Part shown: positions 1-10,855 of the stretch, one piece after another
Numbering within the stretch: position 1 is the first letter of the stretch
Layout: the number at the start of each line of letters is the position of its first letter
NCBI RefSeq assembly: GCF_016433145.1
Contig: NC_058130.1
Span: forward strand, 167,035,972 to 167,099,971
Origin: Gracilinanus agilis
Lineage: Eukaryota
Direction of reading: 5' to 3'
Length of the DNA stretch: 64,000 bases
Translations under genes and position numbers: made by a program
The notes under the pieces: model-generated
What the model was told of the DNA's origin: nothing
The model's input: the letters and a program-made list of their open reading frames with translations, nothing else
Databases searched by the model: none

Positions 1-1002
1 CCCTGACTCCTCCCCCCAACCCCCCACCCTTACCCCTCTCCGAGTGGGCTCCCTCCACCCTTTTTCTCACACACAATGCACATTCCCATCCCTGACCCCC
101 TTCCCAGCCCCCTGCACATTCCGGTTCCTCTTCCTCTCCCACATACACACTTTACCATTTGAGCCTCTGGAATGCAGATACCCCCAAACTTTCCTGTCCC
201 TGTCTTGTCTCCCCTAGACCTTTCCCAAATTTATACAGCACATGCTGATGTTCCTATCCCCACCTGTTCCCTTTCTCTCTGGAAAGCACTTTCCAGCCCC
301 AAGCATGCAGCTAGCTACCCCATCCCAGACCCCCCATAGGCGTACTACAGCCCCCCAAAGCTCTCCACCTCAGTCCCTCCCCAGAAACTGCTGCCCCCGG
401 GTGTATTGACATCCTGCATCCATCCTAAGCTCTCTTTACTCCCACTTTCATTTTACAGTTCTAGCCCCATGTACTCCCCTTTGCCCATGACTCCTATTCC
501 CAAAAAATACCTGGAGATTTACATTTGGAGGGGCTGCCCCAAGCCACTACCCCACAGATGCCCCGCCTGTCCCTATTCACACACACAGCCTGGCATTACC
601 TACCCTTTGGTGGCTACTTACACCCTTGGGAGGGTTAGCCCATCAGCCCCAAGCACAGCCAACATTCCTTATCCTCCACCATTCCCAAGACTCATACACT
701 GTTATATCCATTTATATCTCTTGGACAAACCATCTCCCTGGACTACCAGATCCCTTGACCCCTCTGGTACCACCCTTCCTGATCCCTGAAACCCTTCTGT
801 ATGTCAGCTAATGTGCACACCTCCAATAGTTCCCTTCCTCTCCAGCACCCCAAATCCCTCCCTGTGCTCCGCTGGTCCCAACCAGGCTAGCTCAGGTCTT
901 TTTGTTTTTTGTCTGTGTCCCACAGGCCATCTGTGACAGTCCCTTCCCCCAAGTCTCTCTTTTCCTAGGGTCTTGGTAGCCAGTGTAGAGGGAGGATCCT
1001 GA

Positions 1003-3494
1003 ATGATGCCCAGGGGCCGGGCCTGGACCCAGCAGGAGATCAGCTGCCTCCTGACCCTGATCCAGGACTCTGGGGAGGTCACATTGCTCATGGCCTCCAC
1101 TTCAAGGCCTAATGAGGCCTTGTGGCAGTCCATCTCCCAAGGGTTGGGGGCATCAGGCTATGGTCGAAGTGTGGCTCAGTGTCGATCTAAGTGGAAGGCA
1201 TTGAAGCAGGCCTTCTACTCAGAGTGGGAAACAAGTCGCCAGGCAGGAGGTCCCTCCTCTCAGCCCCCACCCCACTACCGCACCATGAAGAGGCTGTGGA
1301 AGGCTGCCGGGAGGCCTGTTTTTGGAGAACGTCGCCTGCCAGGTAAAGGAATACCCCTGGTGATGGGCCTCAGGGAGCCACTTTTTAACCTGCTTGTTTC
1401 TTTAAGGACCCTTTGGGTTAGCAGGAAAAGGAAAAGGGTTGCAAGTGTCTTCTTCCACACTCCATACTTATTCCTAGTCCTGCTAGGTCTGGTGAAGCTC
1501 CCACCTGGGAAGCACTGCACTCAGCTGGAGGCCCCCACCAGAGCTGAGCTACTGGAAGAGTGGGTGGCTAGAAGGAGAGGCACATTCAATCAGCAATCTA
1601 TTAAGTGCCTGCTGTGTACCAGACACGGCTTCCTCCTGAGGATAAAAAGACAAAAATAAAACAGCACACAATGCAGTCTTGGGAATGATGCAGAGATTTC
1701 TGGAATACAAAATTTCTGGTGGGGAACAAGGCACTTTATTTAGCCTTGAGCTGACATTCTTCTCTCCAACTACCTAGGCTCTGAAACAAACCTTGAAGCA
1801 GGTCCGCCATCTTGTGCCAAGAAAGAAACTAATAGTAAGTATTTCCAGCAGCTGTGGTCTAGAAGGAAGCTGAGGCTGAGGCCTATGGGACTTGGTGGAA
1901 AGGCAGAACTGGAACAAGAATTTGTGTGCCCTAGGCAGGGTTGGTAAATGGCCACCTTCTCCTTTGTTGGGTCCAAGTCAACACAACAGACATTCATTGG
2001 GTTCTTACTACACACTTGGCACTGATCTGGTTGCTGGAGATACAAAGGTAGAGATGAAACAGACTCTGCCTTCAAGGAACTTCTCTTCTTCTGGGGGGAT
2101 ACAACATAATTTGAAGAGGAAGAGACAACTGCTGACTGGTGCAGATCCAGGAAGGTTTCATAGAGAAAAAGAAGAGGAGGAGGCAGTGGCACCTGAACTA
2201 AGCTTTACAGTCCCTAGTCCACCCGAGACTTCTCTGGAGGACGTGTGCCCATGTGCAGCAGCAAGCATAATTTTCTGGGATTTAAACATGTACATTTTGT
2301 TAAAAGTGTCCTATTTGGCATGCTTCCCTCTCAATTGAGGTCTATACTGTGGAACCAGTGAGGTAGTCTTTCCCTACCTGGCACTTGTGGGAAAATAAGA
2401 TAGGAGAGGCTAGATTAAAGATGTCCATGGATGGGGTCCACATTAGGGTCAGCAGATAAAAGCTGAATGTATCTGTCCTTCCTCTGCAGCTCCTGAGGAG
2501 AAGCAGGACAGCCCTCCCCCCTCCCAGCTTCCAGGTAAGACCAATGAGTTTTGTTTTTCTTAGGTTTGGGATAGAGAACATGGAGTTGAGGAGGGAAGTG
2601 ATTTAGCAGACAGCAATACTATAGGGAAAGGGTCAAAGGGGTTGGATCACTAGACTTTCCCTTGGCTATTCCCCTCAGATTCCTGGTGCACCCCGTGCCC
2701 CACTTACTTAGAACCTTTCTCACTGTAAGGGAACTAGCTAACTTTGTCCATTTCCCCAATCTGTCTTCAAAGAAGCTGAGAACAGCCCCTACCTTGGAGC
2801 TGGATGAGCAAGGGGGTCTCCCAAGGCTGAGTTGGGAGTAAAAAGGGATAGAATCCTCATTGCAGTGAAGGATCATATAGAAGTGGAGCCCAACAGGACT
2901 TAGCAAGGTTTTTTTTTGTTTTTTTTTTTTTGCCTCTCCCTACCCCCCCCTTTCCCCAGAAGAGCCTCCAGCCTTGGTGCCAGAGATCCCAGTGAGGCCA
3001 GATCTGGTGCCTGAAGTGGCCAGAGAAGAGCCAGCCCATGTTTCAGTGCTCCAAGGTAAGCTGCATCCTTCTCCCATCCTTCTCTGGGGCTTGGGGCCTG
3101 GTCACAGGCCTCCATCTCCCACTGGTGCACTGTTGCAGGCCCTGGGGTGGTGAGCCTTCTCCAGAACATGCAGGAGCTTCTGGTGCAGATCTTGCAAACA
3201 TCAAGACAGCAGCAGGCACTGCTCGAGAGCTTGGCCCAGGACACCGTCTCCCACCTGCACCTGCTGTCCGATGGCCTGGGCCAGATGGGCCAGACCTTGC
3301 AGGCCCTGTTGATGCACAGCCCCAGCTGGCAGAGCCCCCGCTCCCTGCTCACGCCCGCACATACTGGCACTCGTTCTCACCCCTCCGTCCTGGGCCTGCA
3401 CTCTCCCCATTCTCCCTCCATTCCTGCTGCCCCCGTTGGCCCCTGCCTGAAGGAGGAGACCATCTTGCCCCCTCCCAGGTTTGCTCCATTATGA
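1003..3494 (+). CDS. Uncharacterised Myb/SANT-like (Myb_DNA-bind_4 / trihelix-type) DNA-binding domain protein with C-terminal coiled coil, ~297 aa, 5 coding exons
   Basis: Exons 1003-1342, 1778-1834, 2490-2534, 2960-3055 and 3139-3494. All introns are GT-AG and phase 1; total 894 nt, open frame, in-frame TGA directly before the ATG. N-terminus WTQQEISCLL...LWQSISQGLGASGYGRSVAQCRSKWKALKQAFY...PPHYRTMKRLW fits the MSANTD/ZSCAN29-type Myb/SANT-like signature. C-terminus LLQNMQELLVQILQTSRQQQALLESLAQ is heptad-like. ATTAAA at 3710-3715. Confidence 0.8.
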
Positions 3495-4318
3495 ATGTGA
3501 ACCCTCTCCCCAATGCTGTGGCGAGAGCCAGTAAGACCACTCTGTCTCTGATTTCCTTTTTTCCTGCCAGTGACTACAGAGCCCTTGCTTCCCTACCCCT
3601 GGTAGTCTGTACCCAAGACTGGAGACTTTTATGTAAATGTCCTCATATTTTAGAAAATATTTAATTTAAAAGAAACACGCATCCTTTTTTTACAGTGAGA
3701 GATTATTTGATTAAAGAAAAAAAATCGAAATAGCCGGAGAGGGGGCCGTGCCCCTGACTCCACCCTGTTCTTTCAGTTTCTTGGAACCTGTATTAGGGGG
3801 CTGAAGATGAGTGCCTCGGGCATCCCCCATCCTTTCAGGTGCCTGGCACCTCAGTGCAGACATCCCAGCTTAGTGGGCTCTCACACCCTTGCTTGCTTTC
3901 TGGGGCTCTTGTGTGCACATGCTTGTTCTAGCACATCTGCTCCTCCCAGGCAATCATGGCCCCCTCAGCCCCCAAATACCACCACCGCTTCCTGTGTTTC
4001 CGAAGAAGCTAGAGATGTGTCACGGGGGCCGGAACTGGCTAACCTCAGAAGGACTGAGATGGGAGGGGGTGCAAAAGCAACCTCCATCCAGCAGGGGTGT
4101 CTGAAAGTGGAGTTGGTCTCATGCCCCAGCGGGTAGCTTCCCCAGCTTTCTAGCATACCCAGGTGGGCTTCTCTCTCCCCCTGCTCTCTCCCATGGTCAT
4201 AACCCAAATTAAAGTGACCATGGGCTGAGCAGGGAGGTTGGGCCCTGTGTACTACAGCCTCTTTCCTCTCCTCTCTCCCCCCTGAGATGCATTTGGCACT
4301 TCAGCATGAGTCTTCCAG

Positions 4319-5306
4319 TCATCCATCCCCTGGCTGGCTGTTGGCATAGTCCTCATCGGGAAAGGTTGCTCGGCGGGCCTGGGATCCCACAGAAGCATAG
4401 AGTTCAGGCTCTGGGAGCCGGGGCAGGGGTGCAGGCTGCTCAGCATCCAACACCATCAGCACCTCCGAGTACTTGATGGGTGGCCCAGGACTGGGCCCTG
4501 GGGAGCGTCCCAGAGGGGGCTGCAGCTGCAGGCTGGCATAGCACATAGCTTCTTCCCCTGCCTGGGGACACAGAGGCAGATTAGGGGGTATGTGGGGACC
4601 TCAGGACCTCCTCTTCCTTAGCTTCCCTGCCCTTTGTGCCCCAGATCAGACTTACTCGAGGGAGGTCTCCTGTGGGTGGTTCTTGTAGGGTGGACCCTGG
4701 CTTCTGTGGGAGCCTCCCTGAGACAGGATGGAATTAGACCCTCGTTTATAAGTTCCTGAGGCCCTCTATCCCCCCTCATCACTTTGCTTCCCCCCAATTG
4801 CCTCACCTGTCTGCAGATATGTCAAGTTCCCATAGAGGGGTACCTCTTCCACAGGCCTTTTGGGGCTGCAATAGAAAGGAGGAGGGGGAGTGGATGAACA
4901 AGAAAGATGGGAAAGGCTGGAGTGCAAAAATATCCCTTTGGAGTCTAAGAGAGATTAGGGATGACTGAGGGGATGGCCTCTCTCTGGTGCCTCTCCTCAA
5001 AAGTACTCACCATTCCTGTCCCTGGAAGGTCCTGTTCTTCTCTCTGGTCCATCGGGCTAGGTGTTCAGCCAGTACCAAAAGCAGCAACAGGGACACCACC
5101 CCAAGCAGGGCCCACAGCCCATAGGCACACTGCAGGTCAGGGAATCCTGAAAGGAATAGTCACTAGGCCATCACCACACCCTCTTCTTGACCTGGCCCTT
5201 CCCCTTCAGCCAAGAAGCCATCCCCCACCTCCTCCCTGCTCAGACCCATCCACCCTCCTGTCCCCACCTCACCAGCTGTAGCATTTTCACATTTTCCCCC
5301 CATCAT
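4319..5306 (-). CDS. SIT1: Signalling threshold-regulating transmembrane adaptor 1, 177 aa, 5 exons
   Basis: Exons 5306-5273, 5146-5011, 4865-4807, 4717-4656 and 4561-4319; 534 nt, open. Protein MMGGKCENATAGFPDLQCAYGLWALLGVVSLLLLLVL... carries the SIT tyrosine motifs YGNL, YASL, YSEV, YASV and YANS. Synteny with RMRP/CCDC107. Confidence 0.95.
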
Positions 5307-6560
5307 TAATGCCAAAGATATCAGGGTCTGAGCCTACTGAGGGAAACCTGCAGTGCCCCTCAATCCCCTAGAGCTAGGTCCCTCTAGGCTCAGAGCCCCA
5401 GTTGCTTTCCTCTGTGGACAAAGACAAGGACAGAGCCCCTGTCCGCGCCTCAGTCACTCAGCCCCTGGCAGCTCAGCACATCAGCTGCAGCTATGAAAGC
5501 CACAGGAGCTTCCTTCCGGAGCAGAGATGGGGGAAACATCTTCCCCTCCCCAGATACGGGAGTCCCCTGAAATGTCTCCTACTCTCATTTCCTTTCTTCC
5601 CTCTACTTTAACCTCATTGTTCCTAGGGAATATTGAGGGAAGATATTCAGTGTTGACTTAAAGGTACTGGATTTCAGATCTACTAACCTGGGGCACTTTG
5701 GCCCAAGCCTCTTTATGATAAATCTGCTGCTGCTATGCCTTCCTATCTCTGAGAATCCCAAGCACAGGCCTTGCCATGCGCTGGAGAGAAGGAACAGATG
5801 AGGGATGGAGGGGAGGAATGAAATTCAAGACCTGATCTGAAAACTAGTTCTCCTTTCTAGTTTCCTCCTTACCAGAATCACCCACCTCAATTCTCCCAGA
5901 GTAGAAGGAACTTCCCCTCCCGGTTACCCCTTCTTTAACTCAATCTTTTCCTGGTCTATGTGCTACACGATTTATCTACTGTCTCTCCTCTTTCTATTCC
6001 CAGGATACCCACCTTAGTTTAGAACTCTTCCCTTTTTTTTTGGATTGCTAGAACAGCCTTCTAATTGGCCTCCCTTGCTATCTGCCTTTTCTTGTCTGCA
6101 ACATGCCCTCAACTTAGTCTTCCTAATGCTCAGATCTGATGGCATAACTCCCCTCCCTCAACCATATCTCAGCAGCACCCTAGTAAAAATTTCTTGCCCT
6201 CTTTGTTCTGACCCCAACCCTCCTTATCAGCCACCTCACTTTAGTTTCCTCTAAGCTATAGTTAAAGGTTAGGGCTTAACTTTCCTTTAAACTTGAATTA
6301 CAATGAACAGGGCAAGTGAGCTCTAGTGTCTCCAGCTCTGCCTTCATCTTTTCCCTTTCTGTTGGTATCTAGCTTTCTGGTGTTCAGTGCTTCCTTCTTT
6401 CCAACCTCCTGGCCTGGTCAGATAATAGCCCTTCTACAAAGACAAGAAGGCCCAGAGCATTCATCTCCTTCAACTACTTTCTTTTTTATGTAGGTGGGAG
6501 AGAAGAGAAAGGAGATACTACCCCCTCAAGTTTCCTTTTCCATTAAAGTGTGATCTCCCT

Positions 6561-6760
6561 GGGGCAGCTGGGTAGCTCAGTGGATTTAGAGCCAGGCCTA
6601 GAGACGGGAGGTCCTAGGTTCAAATCCGGCCTCAGACACTTCCCAGCTGTGTGACCCTGGGCAAGTCACTTGACCCCCATTGCCTACCCTTACCAATCTT
6701 CCACCTATAAAGTCAATATACAGAAGTTAAGGGTCTAAAATAAAAAAATAAATAAATAAA
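6561..6760 (+). mobile_element. Young tRNA-derived SINE (SINE1_Mdo-like) with 15-bp TSD
   Basis: GGGGCAGCTGGGTAGCTCAGTGG head, B-box GGTTCAAATCC, CORE segment and A-rich tail; flanks AAAGTGTGATCTCCC / AAAGTGTGACCTCCC. Confidence 0.9.
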
Positions 6761-7099
6761 GTGTGACCTCCCATCTAGGCTGAGGATTATTTTAGGATGC
6801 TGGGGTAGTGGAGCCTGGGCCAAGAGCTCCTTGGATGATATCTCCTCCCTCATCCCAAGCCAGAAACCCTTCTCTGCACCCAGGAAGGAAAGTCAAGTTT
6901 GTTACTATTAGTACAGAACTAACAGGCTTCTGTGGCTCATTCTAGGAATCTAATCTGAAATTTTTATTTCAGAAAATGGAATAAGAGTTCCAAGGACCCT
7001 ATTTGCAAAAGAACAGTTGACTGTTAAACTTAAGGATAGCCCTTTAGAGTTTCATACTAACACTCCAATTCATTCTCTTGTTTATTCACTAAAATAATT

Positions 7100-8760
7100 T
7101 CCCTAAAACAGGTCTGATGGTGTCCCCCCTATCTAATAAGTTTCAATAACTCTCTGTAACCTCCAGGGCCAAATGCAAAATGTTCTGTTTGCTATTTATA
7201 ATCTAATTCTCCTACCTTCCCAGGCTTCTTACACCTTATTCCTTACCATTGGCTGTTCCATCTCTCTGCACTGAGCATTTTCTATGGCATCCCCCATGCC
7301 AGGAACATTCCCACTTCCCTGCTTTAACTGCTGACCTCCCTAGCTTCCTTGAAGTCCCAACTAAAATCCCATCTTTGATGAGAAGCCTTTCCCATCCCCT
7401 CTTACCTCTAGTGCCTTCTCAGCCATTTCCTAGGTAGCCCTTGTGTGTCCTTCCCCTTCCCCTGCCCCTCCAGTTGGATTGTGAGCTTCTTGAGAGTGGG
7501 CACTTTCTTTTGCCTCTTGGATCCCTAGTGCTTAGCATAATGCCTAACTAGGCACTTATTAAAATACTTATTGACCAACTCTCCTCCCCAAATCCTGCCC
7601 TTATATCAGACTAAGGGACTTCAACATCCATTGATTCTCCCTCAAGTGCCTTAAACGCTCATTTTCACAACCTATTCACTTCCCACAACCTACCCCTCCA
7701 CCCAACCTCAGCCACATACAAAGATGGTTATACTTTTGATCTTGTCACCACCTCCCTGTTAAAGAATTCTGAAACCCTCTTATCTGGCTTTTCATCTCTC
7801 AGCCATCTGTTGCATAACCCTACTTTTCATCCTCACTGTGATCTCCAGGCCCTTGACCCCCACAATTCTCTCCAGGCTATCTCCCCTGTACTAGCCACTC
7901 TCTCCTAGTCTCCCCATCTTATGGTGAACCCATTCAACTGGATACTTTCTTCCTCTATTGAATTCCTAGGCCCTTTATCAGAGTGCCCATGTCACCCAGC
8001 CAGGCCTCAGTCTTGGATCACTCCCACCCTTTGTTGCCTTTGTGCAACTTTAGAAAGAAGGTGAAGATGACAAATGCTCTGACTGTGTCCAGGACAAATT
8101 TATCATACATGATCTCAACTGGACCTTCAACAACCCTGTGGCTGAACAAACCTCCTGTGCCTGCCTTGTCAATTTATTATCATTCTTCCCTAACTCAAAG
8201 TTCCCCCAGCTCCCCCCACCTCGCCTCAGCTGGCAACTTTGACTCACATTTTACAGGAAAAAAAGTTCATTTGATAGGAACTCCATCTTCCCTCTTCCTC
8301 ATCCCCTATCACTCAGATACCTTCTGCCACTCTCTCCTCCACCCCTTTCACATGACAAGGTAGCCTTCCTCCTTACCAAGGCTAAGTCCTTTACCTCATT
8401 CCATTCTTTCTCCCTCCCACAAGTTGCCCCCTCTGTCATCCTGACTCACTTATTTTTTATCTCTCCTTGCCCCGACTCATTTCCTACTGGCTGCAAACAT
8501 GCCCATGCCTCTCCCCAGCCTGAGAAAACCCTTACTGAATGCCTTCGTCCCTGCTCTCATCCTCTTTCTCTTCTGTCCTTCCTGGCCCCTACAGTAGATG
8601 CCTCCACTCCCTGGCACTCTCTTCTTAATGTCTCACAATTTGGCTTCTGACCTGATCATGGCACTGAAACTGCTCTCTCCAAAGTGCTAATGACCTTTTC
8701 TCAATCCTCATGGTCCTTGGCCTCATGGTCCTCAACCCGTGACACTGCTGATCCCCCCCA
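7100..8760 (+). mobile_element. Degraded LINE-2 fragments (3' end, then endonuclease-region fragment)
   Basis: Decayed GDFNIH...TH.DG.T.DLV-like coding remnant near 7615-7750 and L2-type C/T-rich composition. Boundaries are approximate. Confidence 0.65.
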
Positions 8761-8975
8761 TACTCAATCACCCTAGAAGGACCAGGGCTAGGCAATAGGG
8801 GCCAAGTGACTTGCTAGGAAGTGTCTGAGGTCAAATTTGAACCGAGACTACCCGGACTTCACCCAGATTCCCAGTCTGGAGTTTTTTGTGTGTGCAGATC
8901 TACTCTTTTAGCTTGCTCCTAGAGGGCTCCCCTTGGGCATTGCGTCAGGCACCACAGAATGTTGTTTTTGCAACT

Positions 8976-8979
8976 AAAA
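8976..8979 (-). terminator. Pol III T-run terminator of RMRP
   Basis: TTTT on the minus strand a few nt after the conserved 3' end, plus further short T runs. Confidence 0.7.
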
Positions 8980-8983
8980 GAGA

Positions 8984-9265
8984 AGACGCGCTGAGAATGA
9001 GCCCCGTGGAGTTAGTGCGCATGAGACGCACTGCCTGCGTAACTATCCAATTCTTGACTAAGGTTGGCCTCACCGCGCTCACTCCGCTCAGTGCTTCCAC
9101 TAAGGTAGAAGAACCTCTTGGCGGGAAGATATGGAGCTGCGACATAGGCCAGACGCACGTGTGTGCGTGGCACTTTCTGCCCGCGGTCCGGGGACTTTCC
9201 CCTAGGCGCAGAGTGGGGAACATGTCCCCCGTACGTAGCCTAGGTAACAGGCCTTCAGCAAGCGC
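8984..9265 (-). ncRNA. RMRP: RNase MRP RNA
   Basis: Minus strand reads GCGCTTGCTGAAGGCCTGT...CGCCTAGGGGAAAGTCCCCGGACC...GGGCAGAAAGTGCC (GARAR loop)...TAGTTACGCAGGCAGTGCG...GGGGCTCATTCTCAGCGCG, followed by a TTTT terminator at 8976-8979. Ends are approximate. Confidence 0.97.
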
Positions 9266-9290
9266 CTCCGAGTTGGCCCTTGGCACACAT

Positions 9291-9336
9291 TTTTATAAAG
9301 GCCCAAAGAACTTAAACCCTTTTATATTATGGTTAG
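9291..9336 (-). promoter_or_regulatory. RMRP type-3 Pol III core promoter: TATA box (~9291-9297) and PSE (~9317-9336)
   Basis: Minus strand has TATAAAA about 26-32 nt upstream of the RNA start and CTAACCATAATATAAAAGGG at about -52 to -71, matching PSE consensus and spacing. Confidence 0.85.
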
Positions 9337-9467
9337 AAAATTTCAGGGTTTTTTTTTTTGTTTGTTTTTTTAATGCTTCCATAAATGGAGTCTTTTACTT
9401 TACAAACAAAATTTTAAAAGGATAATATTTCAAAAATAAATAATATCTCCAGAGAATTTGAGAGAGG

Positions 9468-9516
9468 TAGCCCAGCATGCACCCGGAGACCCGTTAGGTG
9501 AATATATTATGTAAAT
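9468..9516. promoter_or_regulatory. RMRP distal sequence element: SPH/ZNF143 motif (9468-9486) and octamer variant ATGTAAAT (9509-9516)
   Basis: TAGCCCAGCATGCACCCGG resembles the SPH consensus. The octamer lies at about -245, the canonical DSE distance. Confidence 0.75.
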
Positions 9517-9667
9517 GAAAGGAGTTAGTCATTCGTGCTCGCTCCCGATGGGATGGGCGGGACCAGCTGGGCGTACTGCGTGTGTCGTCATGCGATGCGT
9601 CACTGCGTCTGCCCCACGTTCCAGGATTGTGCAGGCCTCCGATTCAGGCTCGCACCGCCCTCCCGCC

Positions 9668-10855
9668 ATGCCAGTCCCGGGGCTCAGCGGCCAGGCGCTG
9701 GTCCCGGCCGCTCTGGCGCTGCTACTCGTGGGCGTAGCGCTCCGAGTCTTCGAGGGCGGCGCCGGACCGCGGCCCCCCGCAGGTAATAGGCAGCAGAAGG
9801 AGGGGAGGAGAGTGGTGCGATCGGAGATGGGGACCTCCTCGCGCTACTCTGCGGTCGTGACCGCGACTCTGCTTTCACTGTGTAGGCGAGGCATCCCGAG
9901 ACGAGCAGCGGAAGACGTCGGAGGAGCCTCGGGCGGCTGGTCCACCGTGGGGGCCACTGCCCTTGGGAGCCTTGTATGCCGTGGGCGTCCTGGCCTTCGT
10001 GCTGCGCCGGTGTCTGCAGGTGTGGGGGCCCGGATCCCCGGGGTGGGGAATGGTTGACGCCCGCAGGGGGGGTCCCACTCCTGTAGGAGCCCTTGGGTGT
10101 GGTAGAGGACCGACCTGCCTTATCTCATTTTAGGGACAAGATGAGGCCGAAGTTTCCCCAAAGGAGAAGCCCACCGAGAAGGACCTTTTGCACAGAGGTG
10201 AAGGCCATGGGGGTGTGGTAGGGGCAGCGGGGCAAATAGAAGTGGGCTGGCCCTGTGACAAATGGCTCTTACTTTCCTAGAAGAGCAACTGGCCCAAAAG
10301 CTAGCGAAGACAGAGCAACTTCTGGGCGGCCTGCTGGATCAGCTGGACCCTCTCTTTGAGCGGTGAGAGGTGGTGGGCCCAGGACGGGATGAGGGTGGTG
10401 CTGGGGCATGGAAGAAGGCTAGTAAGAGGCGGCCTGACTGAGCATCTCTGCAGTGTGGACGCTCTGGCTGGAGCCCAGCAGGACCTGCTGACCTTAAGAC
10501 TTCAGACCATCAGCCAGCTGTTAAAGGACAAGGGGCTGGACACCACTGCAGCTTCCCAAGGTAGGGGTCCTTGGATAGAATATCAGATATTTGTGTCTGA
10601 TATTGTCTGATTTGAGGACTCATGCTGCCCCCTTCCCCCCCACACACAGAGTACAACCCCCCTATCCATGAGGACCCGAGTGCTGAGGAAGATGATGGCA
10701 GTGACCTTCAGACCTGGGGTTGGGGGGAGGAACCTGAGGAGAGAGGAACTGAGGCCTGGGCTCCACATGTCTCCTGGGACCAATTTGGGGAAAATGGAAA
10801 GTTGTGGGGACTCAGGAGGAGGAAATGGATTACAGGAATCCAAGTCACAGACTAA
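9668..10855 (+). CDS. CCDC107: Coiled-coil domain-containing protein 107, 235 aa, 6 exons
   Basis: Exons 9668-9782, 9886-10019, 10134-10197, 10281-10362, 10454-10560 and 10650-10855; 708 nt, open. Recognisable LPLGALYAVGVLAFVLRRCLQ, QLDPLFERVDALAGAQQDLL and WGLRRR. AATAAA at 10973-10978. Confidence 0.93.

Noticed and set aside
406-811. 127-aa and 61-aa ORFs in C-rich sequence upstream of the Myb/SANT-like gene
   Set aside because: Low-complexity Pro/Ser/Thr composition, no recognisable domain; likely intronic or 5' flank.
1343-1659. Read-through of the 218-aa ORF past the Myb/SANT-like exon 1
   Set aside because: Strong donor GTAAAG at 1343 and a phase-compatible downstream exon chain explain the gene better.
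3038-3664. 208-aa ORF overlapping the terminal exon in another frame
   Set aside because: GC-rich shadow frame of the real exon; spans an intron.
6561-6640. tRNA-like A/B boxes here and in many other copies
   Set aside because: They are SINE heads followed by CORE and A-tail, not tRNA genes.
9515-9667. In-frame upstream extension of CCDC107 (MKGVSH...)
   Set aside because: Starts inside the RMRP octamer/DSE, probably upstream of the TSS. The ATG at 9668 has a good Kozak context and begins a signal peptide.
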